A stretch of 64,000 nucleotides of DNA from positions 99,944,001-100,008,000 of the forward strand of contig OZ024741.1 in the NCBI GenBank assembly GCA_964016885.1. Reading direction: 5' to 3'. The position numbers were made by a program, and so were the translations under genes. Position 1 is the stretch's first letter; the number at the start of each line of letters is the position of its first letter. The stretch is from Eledone cirrhosa (Eukaryota). Below the pieces are notes generated by a model. The model saw nothing but the letters and a program-made list of their open reading frames with translations. It was not told the DNA's origin and did no database searches. Below are positions 40,461 through 55,275 of the stretch, piece after piece.

Positions 40461-41581
40461 ATGTAATTTTGGGCGGGCAAACCACATTGTACCCATGGAC
40501 AAAACTGTGCACTTTATCTATGATATATTTTCTAACAAACAGTTATCTATGGAGCGGGAAGCCATGAGTAATAACAAACCATCAGCCACCCAAGGCCTTT
40601 TCTTTAGGCCCGGTGGGATGTATTTGAATATACAGATATCCAAGAAAAAAAATAATAAGAAGCAGGAACGAATTATCAGTATTACATCATTATATTTATT
40701 TACACGTGACGACAGGTACAGATGGGGCCCGATTCTGGACTCGATAGTTCGTTATATATATATATAGAGAGAGAGAACGGGGGGGATTTGGAGTTACAGG
40801 TTCAGACTACTAAGACGCTTTATCTGCTATGTATTCGATATGCAGAAAAGTAGAATGTTGATATTTTAGAGAATTACCTCCCGACGGCTGAGCCGTCGAA
40901 ACGGAAAGAGCTCAACTGTCGTGTGGCAAATATTTACGATATATGTGTATTCGTGTTCATGGTGTTGAATATCAAGGTAAAACAATTCGCCCAGTTGCCT
41001 TCTTCACGAAATAAACAGTAAATTCTCCATTTATTAAATTTAGATCTTCAATAAATACTGACATTTATATGAAGCCGGCGCCTCAATTTTTCTATAAATA
41101 ATACAAGGGTAAGTTGTCGACAAACAATGAAGTGAGTCTAGAGAGATGATATACATACGTTTTCTTGGTTTTCCTGAGTAAGCATTTAACAGAATGCTAA
41201 TAGCTAAAACAATACCATGATGAGCATAATACACAACGACACAAGCATGTGCATATACAAGTGTGCGCTTACTCGCAGATACATACGCATAACTTCGTGC
41301 GCACAGATAAAACGAGTGTGTATTCGAATGTGTGAACATATATATGAAAATATGTCATTATTTTGAACTTCATTTTGCAACGTATATTTTTACAACTCAA
41401 AGGAAATTATTCATATTTCTTTTTTCCATTTTATTTTTATTCATATTCTATTTATATCTAACATCCAAAAACATTGATAAAACACATTCATGTATGATCA
41501 GTTCTAACGTACATCAGTGACATACATATCTCCCTACCTCTATCTCCCAGTCTCTCCCCTCCCTCTCTCTCTGTCTCACTG

Positions 41582-41691
<110 letters not shown>

Positions 41692-42215
41692 TAGAGAAAG
41701 AGATACAGAGAGAGATGCAACTCAGTGTATGTGTGTGTCTGTATATATGTACATAGAGGCGGATACGTCTGAAATGGAGAGTCAGAGTAAAACAAAATTA
41801 TATTATGATAGCAATGTATAGGAGAGGGACAGATAGAAGGAGAAAGAGGGTTTGAATGAGGTAGAACAAGATAGGGATAGACAGAAACAGAGATGAAAAT
41901 TTGCAATCAGATTGATGAGATGCCAACCGACCTAGCGGGCAACAGACACTTCATAAATGACTTTGTAAAAATCATTAAACTATCTTCAATGGATATCTAT
42001 ATATATGAGTCATTATCATTATAAATATGTTATATGCAGCTGTCGTGTTCTCTGCATAGCTTAAAGATAGACATTAAAACAACTTTCTTTATAGTAGTCT
42101 CCAGGTAAAATCTGCTTACAAACATTCATTTATTTTCACTGAGAGTATTTTCATTGGTTTCATTTCAGTTATTTGCTTTTGTTTCTTTCATAAAGTATCT
42201 CATTATTGTAGATTG

Positions 42216-42287
<72 letters not shown>

Positions 42288-42477
42288 TTTTCTTTTGGAA
42301 TAGTGACATGGAATAATATTTTGTTATATATCTCAGAGAAACGTCATCATCATGTTCTTTTCTAGCTATCGTCATCATTTTAGACGTTATCCTTATTTTC
42401 ATATTCCCGATGTTCACTGTCAAGAATTTTGTAATTGTTCTCTTTTATTATTTTATCAATTACGTCTTCAAATCATT

Positions 42478-42803
42478 TACTGAGTTCAAATTCCACCAAG
42501 TATAGATTTGCTTTGAATCTTTACGGGGTCATTAAAGTACAGCACCAGTAATGCACTGGGGAAATTTCTGGCTTTGTGCCTATAGTAGAAATCATTATTA
42601 TTATCATGATCATAGGGCGGTGGATTGGCAGTATTGGCAGAGGGTCGGACGCCATGCTTTGACGTATAGAGTTACGGCCCTTGCCATTCTGAGTTCAAAT
42701 CCCGCCAAGGTTAACTCTGCCTTTCATCCTTACGGGGTCGATAAAATAAATGCACTGGGTAATTGCTGGCCTTGTTCATAACGTAGAAAACAATTATTAT
42801 TAT
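42478..42803 (+). mobile_element. Two tandem SINEs (first partial)
   Basis: B-box and core as in the other copies. Confidence 0.75.
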
Positions 42804-43519
42804 CATGATCATTTGACGCTCAAAACGCCAACACCTGTTTCAGCCTCGCTCCGAAGGTAGGCCCCCTAATCTAAATGTATAAACCCATTTTTAGATTCTA
42901 AAATGACTCAATTTTGTTCCTTTGTGACTTAAGTAAGCCACTCCATTATAGGGGGCTGGGCAACTGTATTCATTTCTGGTTTTTAAGGTGGAAATTACAA
43001 AAACATTTGTTTTGTCAAATTCAAACAACAACAAAATAACATGGCGTCAAAATCTTTTCCTTCCTATGTTTAACTCTGTATTTCCTTGACGTCGTTAATA
43101 GAACACACCTGCAGATACCACCATGGCCACAGACGCTCAACTAGCTAACGGTAAAGAAGCGAGAAACGGCTATATCAACACAGCAACAGCGAGAATAACA
43201 ACATCAGCAAAAAAACACTAACTCCAATTCCACTACCACAACAACAGCAACAAAAAATTGATATAAACAATAGCAACCCCATCAACAACAAAGACAATCT
43301 CAGTTAAAACATCAATATCAAAGACAACATCAGCAATGAGAACAGCAAGAGCAACAACAACATCAAGACCGATGATAAAATTACACCAACAAAATATCAA
43401 CAAAAAAATGTTCTCGGATATCGCATACGCAAACATAATATACGAATCGATTAGAGGAGTAAAAATTAACCAAGTAAGGCCGGCGGGCCTGCGGCTCGCC
43501 TCATAGGGAGGCAAGTCCA

Positions 43520-43900
43520 TGCTGTTCAACAAAGTTACCACTCTCACTCAGAGGAAGCTATCTCTGAAATTCTGGGCAGAGGTGGCGAACGCGTACATTA
43601 CATCCACCATCTAATACCGACTGAGCGTTGTCTTATTCTGGTTCACTGTCATTTTTTTATGGATGCAATGCGTGCCAACATTTAAGCGGTTCATTTACTG
43701 CCAACAGACGAGGGGGAGACTGAGCATCCGTGGCTGATGATGACAAACATGCGCTCAGGTTAAGCCATCTACAGCTATAACTTGACGAAGACGTGGTATA
43801 ATCTCTGTTTACTAAACGCAGTTTTACATAGTTCATCGCCTTGATAGAACGGCAGTCTTGGATCAAGCAACGGCTGATTGGGAGTGCTTGGAAACTCAAC
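43520..43900 (+). mobile_element. Degraded Tx1 ORF2 fragment
   Basis: RKLSLKFWAEVANAYI...PWLMM.KHALRL matches ORF2 of copies A and B. Confidence 0.7.
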
Positions 43901-45168
43901 GTAAGAAAGCTGTTAAAACAGAAAATTGCCATCAATGACAGCCTCCCAAAGGAGAGAAAACAGTGGCTAGAAGTGCGTTGGCCAGGAGAAATGATAGTAA
44001 AAAAGTATAAAACGTAGAAAATGGACGAGAAAAGAGCACACACACACATCTTTTTGCCACATGAGCTCTCAGACTGATCGTGGTTTCACACGATTTAAAT
44101 TAAGAGAACCACAAAAATTTGTCGGCTCGTGCAACAGAACAATAAGTCTTTCTGCTGTTTGTGTAATAAACGAACAAATTAGATAGACAGACAGACATGT
44201 CAGAGAGAGAGAGAGAGAGAGAGAGAGATGTAAAATGCGTACACTCTCCACTGAGCCATCGCTACAAAGGACGACAAAAGAGTTGGTGCCGCGGAGGTGG
44301 CAGCAGGGTAGGAGAACGGAGAAAGAAAGAAAGAAAGAAAGAAAGAAAGTAGCAAGAAGAGGGGAAAAGTGGGGATCAGAGAGAAATAACGAAAGAGCAA
44401 GGGAAAATAGATGAGGGAAAGATATAGTCAATGTCCATCAGGCCATGGTATCCGTGTAAACTAGAAAACTAATATAGTTGCGATAAAAATGGAAACAAAT
44501 TTTCTCGAAAATCGATTTAGAGCGCGGGTGTATTAGAATCCATAGAATAATGAGAAAAACTCTAGGCAAGAACTGTTAAACAGCAATATACTGTCAATCT
44601 CATTCAATCATGTCATGCCAATTTTCTTTCTTTTCTCCTTTCTTGGGGGCCAACACTATTCTAGCCACGGATCTCTGTATTTTCAGGTAAATTTTACACT
44701 ACGTTGTCTTTAACACCTTTCTTGCGTTGAGTTCTCATTATTCTACGAATTCTTATACACTTGCTTTCCATCTCCTGTTCTTCATTAAGACATCTCTCTA
44801 GGAGAAGATCACTCTGATATAAAACATTCGACTTCGTTTGCATCCAATGATGTAGGCTAGTTCTACTTTTGCGGTAAATGCATTCGATATTCAGAGAGTG
44901 GGATTGGCGCCGCGCAAAGCCTTTTCTTACTTAAAAAAAGCTTCAAACACAAGCACCGCTTGTTATGTGACATATTTTGTGATGCATAGTATGGAATGAA
45001 ATTCCAGAAAACACAGCAATATAGAGACTGGGGACGACAAGTGGGTGTTTTTGACTGGAAACAGAACAGGGCACGGTGCTGACAAGTTGTGAAAATGGTG
45101 ACACTGGAAGGAGGGATATTATTATGGGTTAACTTTCGTCAAAGAGGAGGAGAGATAAAAATTGTGTG

Positions 45169-45202
<34 letters not shown>

Positions 45203-45360
45203 GGGAGGAGTAGTCGCGTTCCTAAGTAAACAGTTGGGTAAGCACAAAGGAGAGCGTAGACCTACAGTAGTAGTAAATACGTGGGATAAGTAAACAAAAG
45301 CTTTTGTTCCCCCTCAATTTCTCCCCCTCCCCCACTCTCACTCTCTCTATATATATATGA

Positions 45361-45645
45361 AGGGTGTCCCAAAAAATGTATACACACTTTGATTACCTTT
45401 ACAGGCAATATTTATTAGAGTGCTTTTAAAGTGTGTATACATTTTTGTGGAATGGGACTGAGAAAGGGCGGAACAATACAACAGTAGCAACAACGACACT
45501 TCCAATTCCACTACCACAACAACAACAGCAGTTATAAAAGCAACAGCAACAACATCAACAAGACCGATGACAAAATTAAATTACAACAAAATATCAATAA
45601 AAAAGTTCTCGGATATCGCAAACGCAAATAAGATATACGAAGCGA

Positions 45646-45722
<77 letters not shown>

Positions 45723-45838
45723 TGAGTGAGAGAGAGAGGGAGTCGCACAAAAATACATGCACACTTTGATTACCTGTACATGCAATGTTTATTAGAATGC
45801 TTTTAAAGTGTGTATACAATTTTTTATGACAACCTGTA
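45361..45838. mobile_element. Two ~100-bp Tc1/mariner-like MITEs (45361-45458, 45742-45838); further copies at ~51209-51290 and 54524-54604
   Basis: TIR CAGGGTGTCCCAAAAAATGTATACACACTTT / AAAGTGTGTATACATTTTTTGGGACACCCTG next to TA. Confidence 0.7.
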
Positions 45839-47083
45839 TATATATAATGAGAGTGAGTGAGTGAGAGAGAGGGGGAGATACTTTGAAAGTTAATCAATGT
45901 TAATTCCTTTCTGTTAACAGGATGTTTCGTCACTTCCGCCTTAATTTCTCTTTTACTACAATAGGTTCTTAATTTTCCTAGTCATATCAACATGTTCTTT
46001 CTTGAAATGCCTGACAGAGGTATATTTTACCCTCCATAAACTTAGAAAAATAGCATTAAACTGATCCTTCTCTGTCTCGTTGATTTTTTTTCCTTCCCAA
46101 ATTTGTTATTCATAATTATACCTTTATCTCCGTTTATTATATTTTCCTAATCAATTATACAATTTATTTTTCTTTTAATTTATTCATCTTTATTTTTAAT
46201 TATATACATAAAAAATTAATGAGAACACAAAATACATAAAACTACATAAGATTTAGAAAGATGAATATTATAGAAAAAGGGCGATTTTACTTCTTTCTTT
46301 TTTTTCTTGGGGTGGAGGGAGTGAATTCTTTCATTAAGGCATATTAATAGGAACAAAAGTGTTTAGTTACGTGAATTTTAGAGTAAGCCTCTCCCTCAGA
46401 AAATACAGATAAAAATATGGAAGAGAGTAAACAGAAAACCAAAAGTTTGAAAAAAATTACACAACATAATTTTATGTAAATCGGAAATTATTTGAAAAAA
46501 ATAATTGAATGACTTTACTTCGCTATTTAAATCCCTTGTTGCTTGTTGAAACAATTTAACCGTAGAGAAACGGAAGAAAAATGTAAACGTCACAAACATT
46601 TTGTGTTATGCAAGCCATGCAAATCATTCACACTGAATAAGCTTGTTGCTGATATTATATCAACTATTTCGTTTCTTTGTTTATTGGTTTCTTTTATGAT
46701 CGTTGATTCCCAATTTATATTAGTGTTACTGTGTTACACTTTTACAAGTAGAAATCTTTGAATTGCGGCCATGCTGGAATATGACATACAGCGGATTAGC
46801 TACTCATATCGAAACTAACTCTAGTGATTATATCAGTTTCATGTGGATTTTATCACTCATTATTTATCTGTTTATCGAGTTATTAATTTGCAACGTCACA
46901 TAAAGGATCCCTACATGGTACAGCGACTTACATATAAAAACACATACGGTATTTTGCGTCCGAGCAACCAATATAATAGTTCTTCTTTATACTCCCTCTG
47001 AGTTCAACAGGACCAAATTTTAACTATACACACGAACATATATATATGCATACACCTACTTAGTGTGTATCTCACACACACAA

Positions 47084-47206
<123 letters not shown>

Positions 47207-47574
47207 GGAGGTTAGTTTTATTGTAGAAGAGCAATTAGAATGAACCTGTGGGATAATTCTATACAAGATGGCTTTACTAACAACCCCCAGATCTGATTTA
47301 GAGGGGGCGATTAATCTAACAGGTAGTTCAGTGCGAAAATTGTTTTTGTGATCCTTGAGATTTATCCTCGGAGTTCTTGGGAGAAATGGTTCGGTCTTTT
47401 TTCCGATGCCAAGTTTTGACATAATCTAAGAGACTTCAAAGTTTATGGATTCTAAATTATCATGGTTAGTTTTACGATATTTTCTCCTAAGTTCCTTTAG
47501 GATAAGGTTGTTATAATTATCCTTGGAAATACCATATCAATTATTGGTTTTGTCAGAGTGGACTAAAACATTTT

Positions 47575-49311
47575 AGAATTATCCCACAGGTTCGTTCTAA
47601 TTGCTCTTCTTTGAACTTAAATTTATGGTTTGGTACTTCTGAAGTGATTGGCTGGTTCAACAAATTGAATAATAAAAACAAACTAAAATTTGTTCAATCT
47701 GATATTGCCAGCTACTATTCTTCTATTTCGCCTTCACTTCTCAACAATGCTCTATCTTTCGCATTTAAATATTCTGACATCAGCACAGATGAACTTCACA
47801 TCATTCTCACCGCACGTAAAACCATCCTTGAGTTCAACAATGAATATTGGACCACAGCTGACACCTCTAACAACTCCGACATCACAAGGGGAGCATCCGA
47901 TTCATCCCAATTGACAGATTTAATTGGTATCTTTATTTTGAACTCTTTGAGTCGGAAAATTCCTCAACTTCGCGGTGGAATTTATCGTGACGATGGACTC
48001 TTTACTATCTTAAATTGCAACATAGTTAACCTTAATATTATTAAGAACAATATACGTAATCTCTTTAACCAACATAACCTAAAAATTGAATTTGATAACA
48101 GCATCAAACTAGCTAATTTCATGGATGTATCTCTTAATCTTGACACTGGCCTATATTACCCTTAACATAAAAACAATGAGAACCTAACTTATGTTAATTT
48201 TAAATCTAACCACCCTACTAATATTAAGAATGCTATAGTTAGTAATATTGGAAAAAGAATATCTAACCTATCTTCTTATAAAAACATCTTTGATGCTAAA
48301 GCCAATTACTATAATAACGCGCTTTCTAAAGCCGGCTATCCTGATAAAATCAAATATAATAAAGAAACAAATTCTAGAAGATCTTACAGTAGAATAATTA
48401 ATCATGATCATTCCAATAACTTTAATAAAAGACCTAGATACAAAAACATAATCTGGCATAATGTTCCTTTCTCCATCTCTATTAATAATAATATTCCTAA
48501 ATTATTCTTTAGTGCCTTAAATAAATGCTTCCCTCCCTCACATATCTATAGTAAAATATTTAACAAACACACTATAAAAATTTCCTATTCAACATCCTCC
48601 AACATTTCCAACATTATCTCTAAACACAACAATAAAATACTAAATACTAAATCTCTTCCTTCCAACACTGAATATCTTAATAATAGTAATAGTACTCCCG
48701 ACGTCATTGTAAACTCTAGGCTAATTTCTGCAAACCCAAATACAACGTCAAACACAACTTCGCTAACTGTTCTTAATCCCATTCTAAATCAAAAAACTAT
48801 TATTCCTATCGCAAATAAATTCTCCAATCCAATTCCTTCTATAGATAACACTAGGCCACTCGTTAATAATCTCTCTAATCGCAATGCAATTGCCCTGCTA
48901 AAAATAAATGTCCTCTCAACAACCATTGTTTGATAAAAACTTAATCTACGAATGTAAAGTTATAACTGACACCAATTCCTTCACCTATTTTGGCTCCACT
49001 TCCACCTCCTTTAAAGCTCGTCTTTATAATCATCATTTGTCTTTTAAATACCAACTTAAAATAACCAACACGGCTCTCTCAGAACTGATATGGTCCTTGA
49101 AAGACAACAATATTAAATATAACATCTCTTGAAAAAAGGTTTCTTCTGCTGCTCCATACTTGAACAGTTCTCTATCCAAGACTTGCAATCTCTGCCTAAA
49201 TGAAAAATTTACCATTATATCTAATTTAGATTCTATAATAAATAGACGCACTGACTTGTTTTCTCTCTGCTTGCATAAATTCCACAGAACATTCCATAAA
49301 GTATACAGCTA
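47575..49311 (+). pseudogene. PLE reverse transcriptase plus C-terminal GIY-YIG endonuclease
   Basis: SDIASYYSSI, IYRDDGL, NFMDV, SNHP, CNC..CPL..C, LIYEC..TYFGST..FKARLYNH, CNLCLNEK; in-frame stops at 48163 and 49130 plus frameshifts. Confidence 0.9.
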
Positions 49312-49751
49312 ATATCCTAAACTTTATCAATTCAGAATCCTTTTCTCAAAGGCATATATATATATACTTCTTTAAAAATATACCCATCTTTCTACCTTAT
49401 TTCAAAGTTATTTATTATACATTATATAATACGTGTTACTCATTCTATATCACTCCTATTTATCACTTCCCTTTCTTCCTTTTCCTTTTCTTTTATTTTT
49501 CTTTTAATTTCTAACTCCTAATCTGTTCCTTTCTCACTGTGTCTAAGATAGAAACAATTATTTCACAATACAATATATTCTTACTTTATATCACCTTGAA
49601 AAAATCCTTCGTAAACATAAAGATTTTTTTGACGTTAGATTATTTATCCTCAATTCATTATTTTTTTCTCACTTTCATGTTTCATCCTATCTTCCACTTT
49701 TTTCACAATATATCCTTACTTACATTACCTTTGCTATTTTTAATAATACAT

Positions 49752-49980
49752 ATCAACATTTTCATTCAATCGCACATATTATTAAACCCTTAAATATTTT
49801 TCTTAATACATATTAAAATTTTCTTTCCCTCGCACATATTATTAAACCCTTAAATATTATTCTTAATACATATTAACATTTTCTTTCCATCGCACATATT
49901 ATTAAACCCTTAAATATTATTCTTACTATATATTAACAATTTCTTTCCATCTCACATATTATTAAACCCTTCAATATACA
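49752..49980 (+). repeat. ~60-bp tandem repeat x4 in the PLE 3' UTR
   Basis: CGCACATATTATTAAACCCTTAAATAT recurs every 60 bp. Confidence 0.9.
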
Positions 49981-50330
49981 AACCTTAACTTTACATTATT
50001 TTTCTCTTCGTTAATTTTCAAATTCTTTTAATTTATACATTATCTGCCAACGGTTTTTCAACCTCTCTGTTAAACAATATATTTTTCTCAGTTATAAAAG
50101 CTATCTCTCTCTCTCTATCACCCATCTCTCCTCCTATCTCATCCTTCCTCATTATACTCCTCCCCTTCCACTTTTTACTCTCATCTCCTCCTCTTTTTCA
50201 TCCTTTCCACCCCACCCCCCTCAATTCCCCCCCCCCCCAATATCACACATCAATCTAAAACTACTTTTCATATGTTGATTTAAAACTGCACTATCCACAA
50301 GTGTCTTTTAACCTTCATATCATGCCTTCC

Positions 50331-50401
50331 TATTTTATCTGATGAAAACACAAATGTTATTGCATGATGATATTTGTTTTTGAAATGCGCATAATAAAAT
50401 A
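50331..50401 (+). ncRNA. Minimal type I hammerhead ribozyme (intact core) in the PLE 3' UTR
   Basis: Stem I TATTTTAT/ATAAAATA; CTGATGA; long stem II; GAAA; palindromic TGCGCA; UA cleavage after 50393. Confidence 0.85.
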
Positions 50402-51286
50402 CATGGAACTCTTTTAACCATCTTTTGATCTTATATATTATATATATATATATTGCAAACACAATATAGAAACTCATAAACACACAGACTAACAAAAGTA
50501 GGCATATTCAAGCATACATTTATATAACGGCACAACACATAAAACAGTGAAATACCCACAATTCTTATCAAGCCACACACAGGCATGTACACAGATTCAC
50601 CCACACACATATTAAGATTGAAGTATACAAACTACATATGTACCGACAGGCAAACACACATAAGCACACACGCGAAATCTCAATTGACGGATAACAGAAT
50701 AAACTAAACATTTTAATAAGGCAACACAGTTCTGAAAACTATTAAAACTATAATGCAAATAGGTTCTTATGACGAAGATAATATAGGGAGAGCTACAACA
50801 AGTGTGGATAATAGCGCTACGGGAGACTATTATAGGGTTCCATCTGATAACGTAAAGGAGAACAGAAAATAGTGTCCAATCCAAACGGCGTAAGAAACAC
50901 AAACAGGAAATGTATAAGTTAATGGACATCTCTAAAGGAGAATTTTTGGATTACGACATCGATAAATAGATAGGAAAAGGCGAAACAGAAATGGTGGAAA
51001 TCAGAGAGGGGGGGGGGTGAAATGAGAGCGGATGAAAGAGAGAGGAGTTCGATGGAGACAGAGAAGGAGGAAAGAGACAATTTATTATTAAAGAAACAGC
51101 TGGAACAAGTCGGTGTTTTACGCTAATTTATTTATTTCTTACGTTAATATATATATGTATTTCTTATTACCGAACCTATGCACGAAAGAACTAAATGAAC
51201 AAATATATAGAAGGTGTCTCCAACAAATATATACTCACTTCAACGGCGTTCTGATAAATATGTGTATATATATTGGGGGGACACTC

Positions 51287-51336
<50 letters not shown>

Positions 51337-51805
51337 TACATATAAATATATATATATATGTATATATATCTATATATAAACGAAAAAAATGAAACGAAAT
51401 TTCATTTCCCACACTAAGTACGGCTGTTATTTAAATATAAGTATGTATACGTACATACATATATGTCTAAAGACGTAAAGTAGTATGTATATATATATAT
51501 ACATACATGCACACATATATATATATCCGTATGGATCATCTGGCAGCAAGGTATACGTTGCTGACGATAGCTAATAAGCTTGAAACTAGTACAGCGTTCC
51601 TTTGTCAGTGTTGAACACACGAGCAACTGTGGTTGCTAGACACTACGGCTTAATACGGGATGTTCGTTTACAAACACATCGAGCATTATAATATATGTTC
51701 GGTGAATCCATACGTACATATATATATATATATAGGTGTGCATGTATGTATATATATATACATACTACTATACGCCTGTATACATATATGTATGTAGTAT
51801 ACATA

Positions 51806-51867
<62 letters not shown>

Positions 51868-52322
51868 TGGAATAAACAACATAAGGCAATTATTCCATTT
51901 ACCAGTGGTTTCTTAAAAGCAAAACATTTTCCTTTCAATCCTCAGAATGAAAAAATCCTGGTCTGTTTATTGAATTTGGATTTTAAAAACAAAAATGCAA
52001 TCTGTATGAAAGTGAGGCTAGAGAAAGAAGAAGGAAAGGAAAAATAAAATAAAACCACACATGCAAACACACACACAAACACACACACTAACACACAAAA
52101 GCATACACACACACACACACACAAACATATATATATATATACACACACATATACTCATACATACACACACACACATATACACATATATATGTGTATATAA
52201 ATACACACATACACATACATATACACATACATACATACGCACATAAATATCAACACATCCATACATACACATACATATATACAACCACACACACATATAT
52301 ACACCCATATATATATATAGAA

Positions 52323-52379
<57 letters not shown>

Positions 52380-52819
52380 CATATATACATGCATACACAT
52401 ACACATACATATACATACATATAAACATGCACACAATCATACCTATATACACACGTACATACATACACATACATAAATGCGTACATTTACATGTACTAAA
52501 TTAGAAAAATATACACTCCTCTACATATTCACACACGCAAATAAATATTTAAAAAAATATATATATAAAAAAATAAAATAATAATAAAGATTATTATACA
52601 GTTGACAGCGATACAAACGGCGGGTAGATGAACAGACACGCGTGATAAGCAATACACAAAAATACACGTACACATACGTACGAAAAAGTAAATACATACA
52701 CACACTCTCACACATAAATATATATATATATATACAAATACATAAACACATACATACACATACACAAATACATACACAAACACGCACACACACACGTATA
52801 CAATTATACACACCCATAT

Positions 52820-52854
<35 letters not shown>

Positions 52855-52980
52855 AATACACACACACATATATATGTATACATACACACACACATACATA
52901 CATAGCTCTACAATTATATACATACAAATACGTACATATCATAAACACGCACAACCAAATACAAACACACACACACACAT

Positions 52981-53056
<76 letters not shown>

Positions 53057-53257
53057 ATGTATATGTGTGTGTGTGTAAAACTCAATCTTAGATAATTAAT
53101 ATGAACCTTACATATACATATATATAGTAGTAATGTAATAAGCAACATAAGGCAATTATTCCATTCACCAGTGGTTTCTTAAAAGCAAAAAAATGTTTCC
53201 TTCAATCCTCAGAATGAAAAAAACCTGGTCTATCTACATATACATATATATACACAC

Positions 53258-53312
<55 letters not shown>

Positions 53313-53422
53313 CATACACATACATATTGGTACGTGAAGGGTAAGGCAAAAAGAATATATGTCGGTGTGAGGGGGGGGGGGGATACATAGGACAATGTGA
53401 AATATAAGGGGAGATAAGGGAG

Positions 53423-53490
<68 letters not shown>

Positions 53491-53605
53491 GTATATACAT
53501 ATATATATATGTATATATAGTTGCAGTAGAGACAGTGTTTATACCTGTATGGTATCCTATAATTCGTGAGGATGATCGGTAGTTATGTATTTTAACTACT
53601 TTTAA

Positions 53606-53656
<51 letters not shown>

Positions 53657-53676
53657 GTAAGCGTATATACTTGTAA

Positions 53677-53955
53677 GTTTACGGACTATTCTTTGAAAAC
53701 AAAATCTTCGTAGCAGTTTACCTTCGACAGGCTAATTACTTCGAATCATCAAAAGGGTTAGGATTGGGGTTAAGTTTAGGATTTTGGTTAGGGTTTGATA
53801 TCCCTTTTATACAGATTATTGCCTAATCTTCTATTCAAAGATGGGGTATGTAACCAACTTTTCGATGTTTTTCTGAACAAAATACTTTCGAAGCGAAGTT
53901 ACTTCGAAGAAAATGATTTGTATTCGAAGAAATGTTTTTGAAGATAAGTCTGTAA

Positions 53956-53958
<3 letters not shown>
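53677..53958. mobile_element. MITE-like element with imperfect TIRs and internal TTAGGG-like repeats
   Basis: TTTACGGACTATTCTTTGAAAACA vs TGTTTTTGAAGATAAGTCTGTAAA; GGGTTA variants at 53755-53797; TTCGAA subrepeats. Confidence 0.5.
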
Positions 53959-54498
<540 letters not shown>

Positions 54499-54863
54499 CA
54501 TATATGTATATACCTATATATATAGTTGTCCTCCTCAAAAAATGTATACACACTTTTATTAGAATGCTGTTGAACTATGTATACATTTTTTGGGACACCC
54601 TGTATAGATACGTAATTAAGACCTCTATTGTTCTAAACGTAAATATGCATACGCATACATTACACATATAAGAAAGGGGAAAGGCCATTAAATTGACCCC
54701 ATTACTTCAAATGGCGCTTTATTCTATTGTATCTGGAAGGAAGAATGGCAAAGATGACTGCGTTGGAATTAGAACTCGTGATGTAAAATGCCGGAAGAAT
54801 ATAGAAGCAATCAATTTTTCGGAGGTTCTACCGATTCTGTCAATCCATCAGCATAACATAAAT

Positions 54864-54895
<32 letters not shown>

Positions 54896-54914
54896 GAAGT
54901 AGTAGTAGTAGTAA

Positions 54915-54968
<54 letters not shown>

Positions 54969-55082
54969 CAGCAGCAGCAGCGCCTTCAGCGCAATAAAAA
55001 TGCCTCGAGATATGGAATTTATATTCCATATCTCTAATTGTTTATCAACCCTATTCTTACCGTTTGGACAAATAAGAAAAAA

Positions 55083-55275
55083 TAGTTTATACTTTTGGCA
55101 CAAGGCCACCAATTACCCCAGTACATTATTGGTGCTTTATTTCATCGACTCCATAAGGATGAAAGGCAAAGCTAACCTCGGCGCGATTTGAACTCAGAAC
55201 GTAAAGCTCCATGCTTTGCACTCTACGTTGCAAAGCATGGAGTCTGACGCTCTACCGATATTGCCAAACCACCAC
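55083..55275 (-). mobile_element. tRNA-derived SINE
   Basis: Reverse copy of the SINE consensus. Confidence 0.75.

Noticed and set aside
49752-49980. Regularly spaced repeats resembling a CRISPR array
   Set aside because: The whole 60-bp unit repeats with no unique spacers; eukaryotic context with no cas genes.
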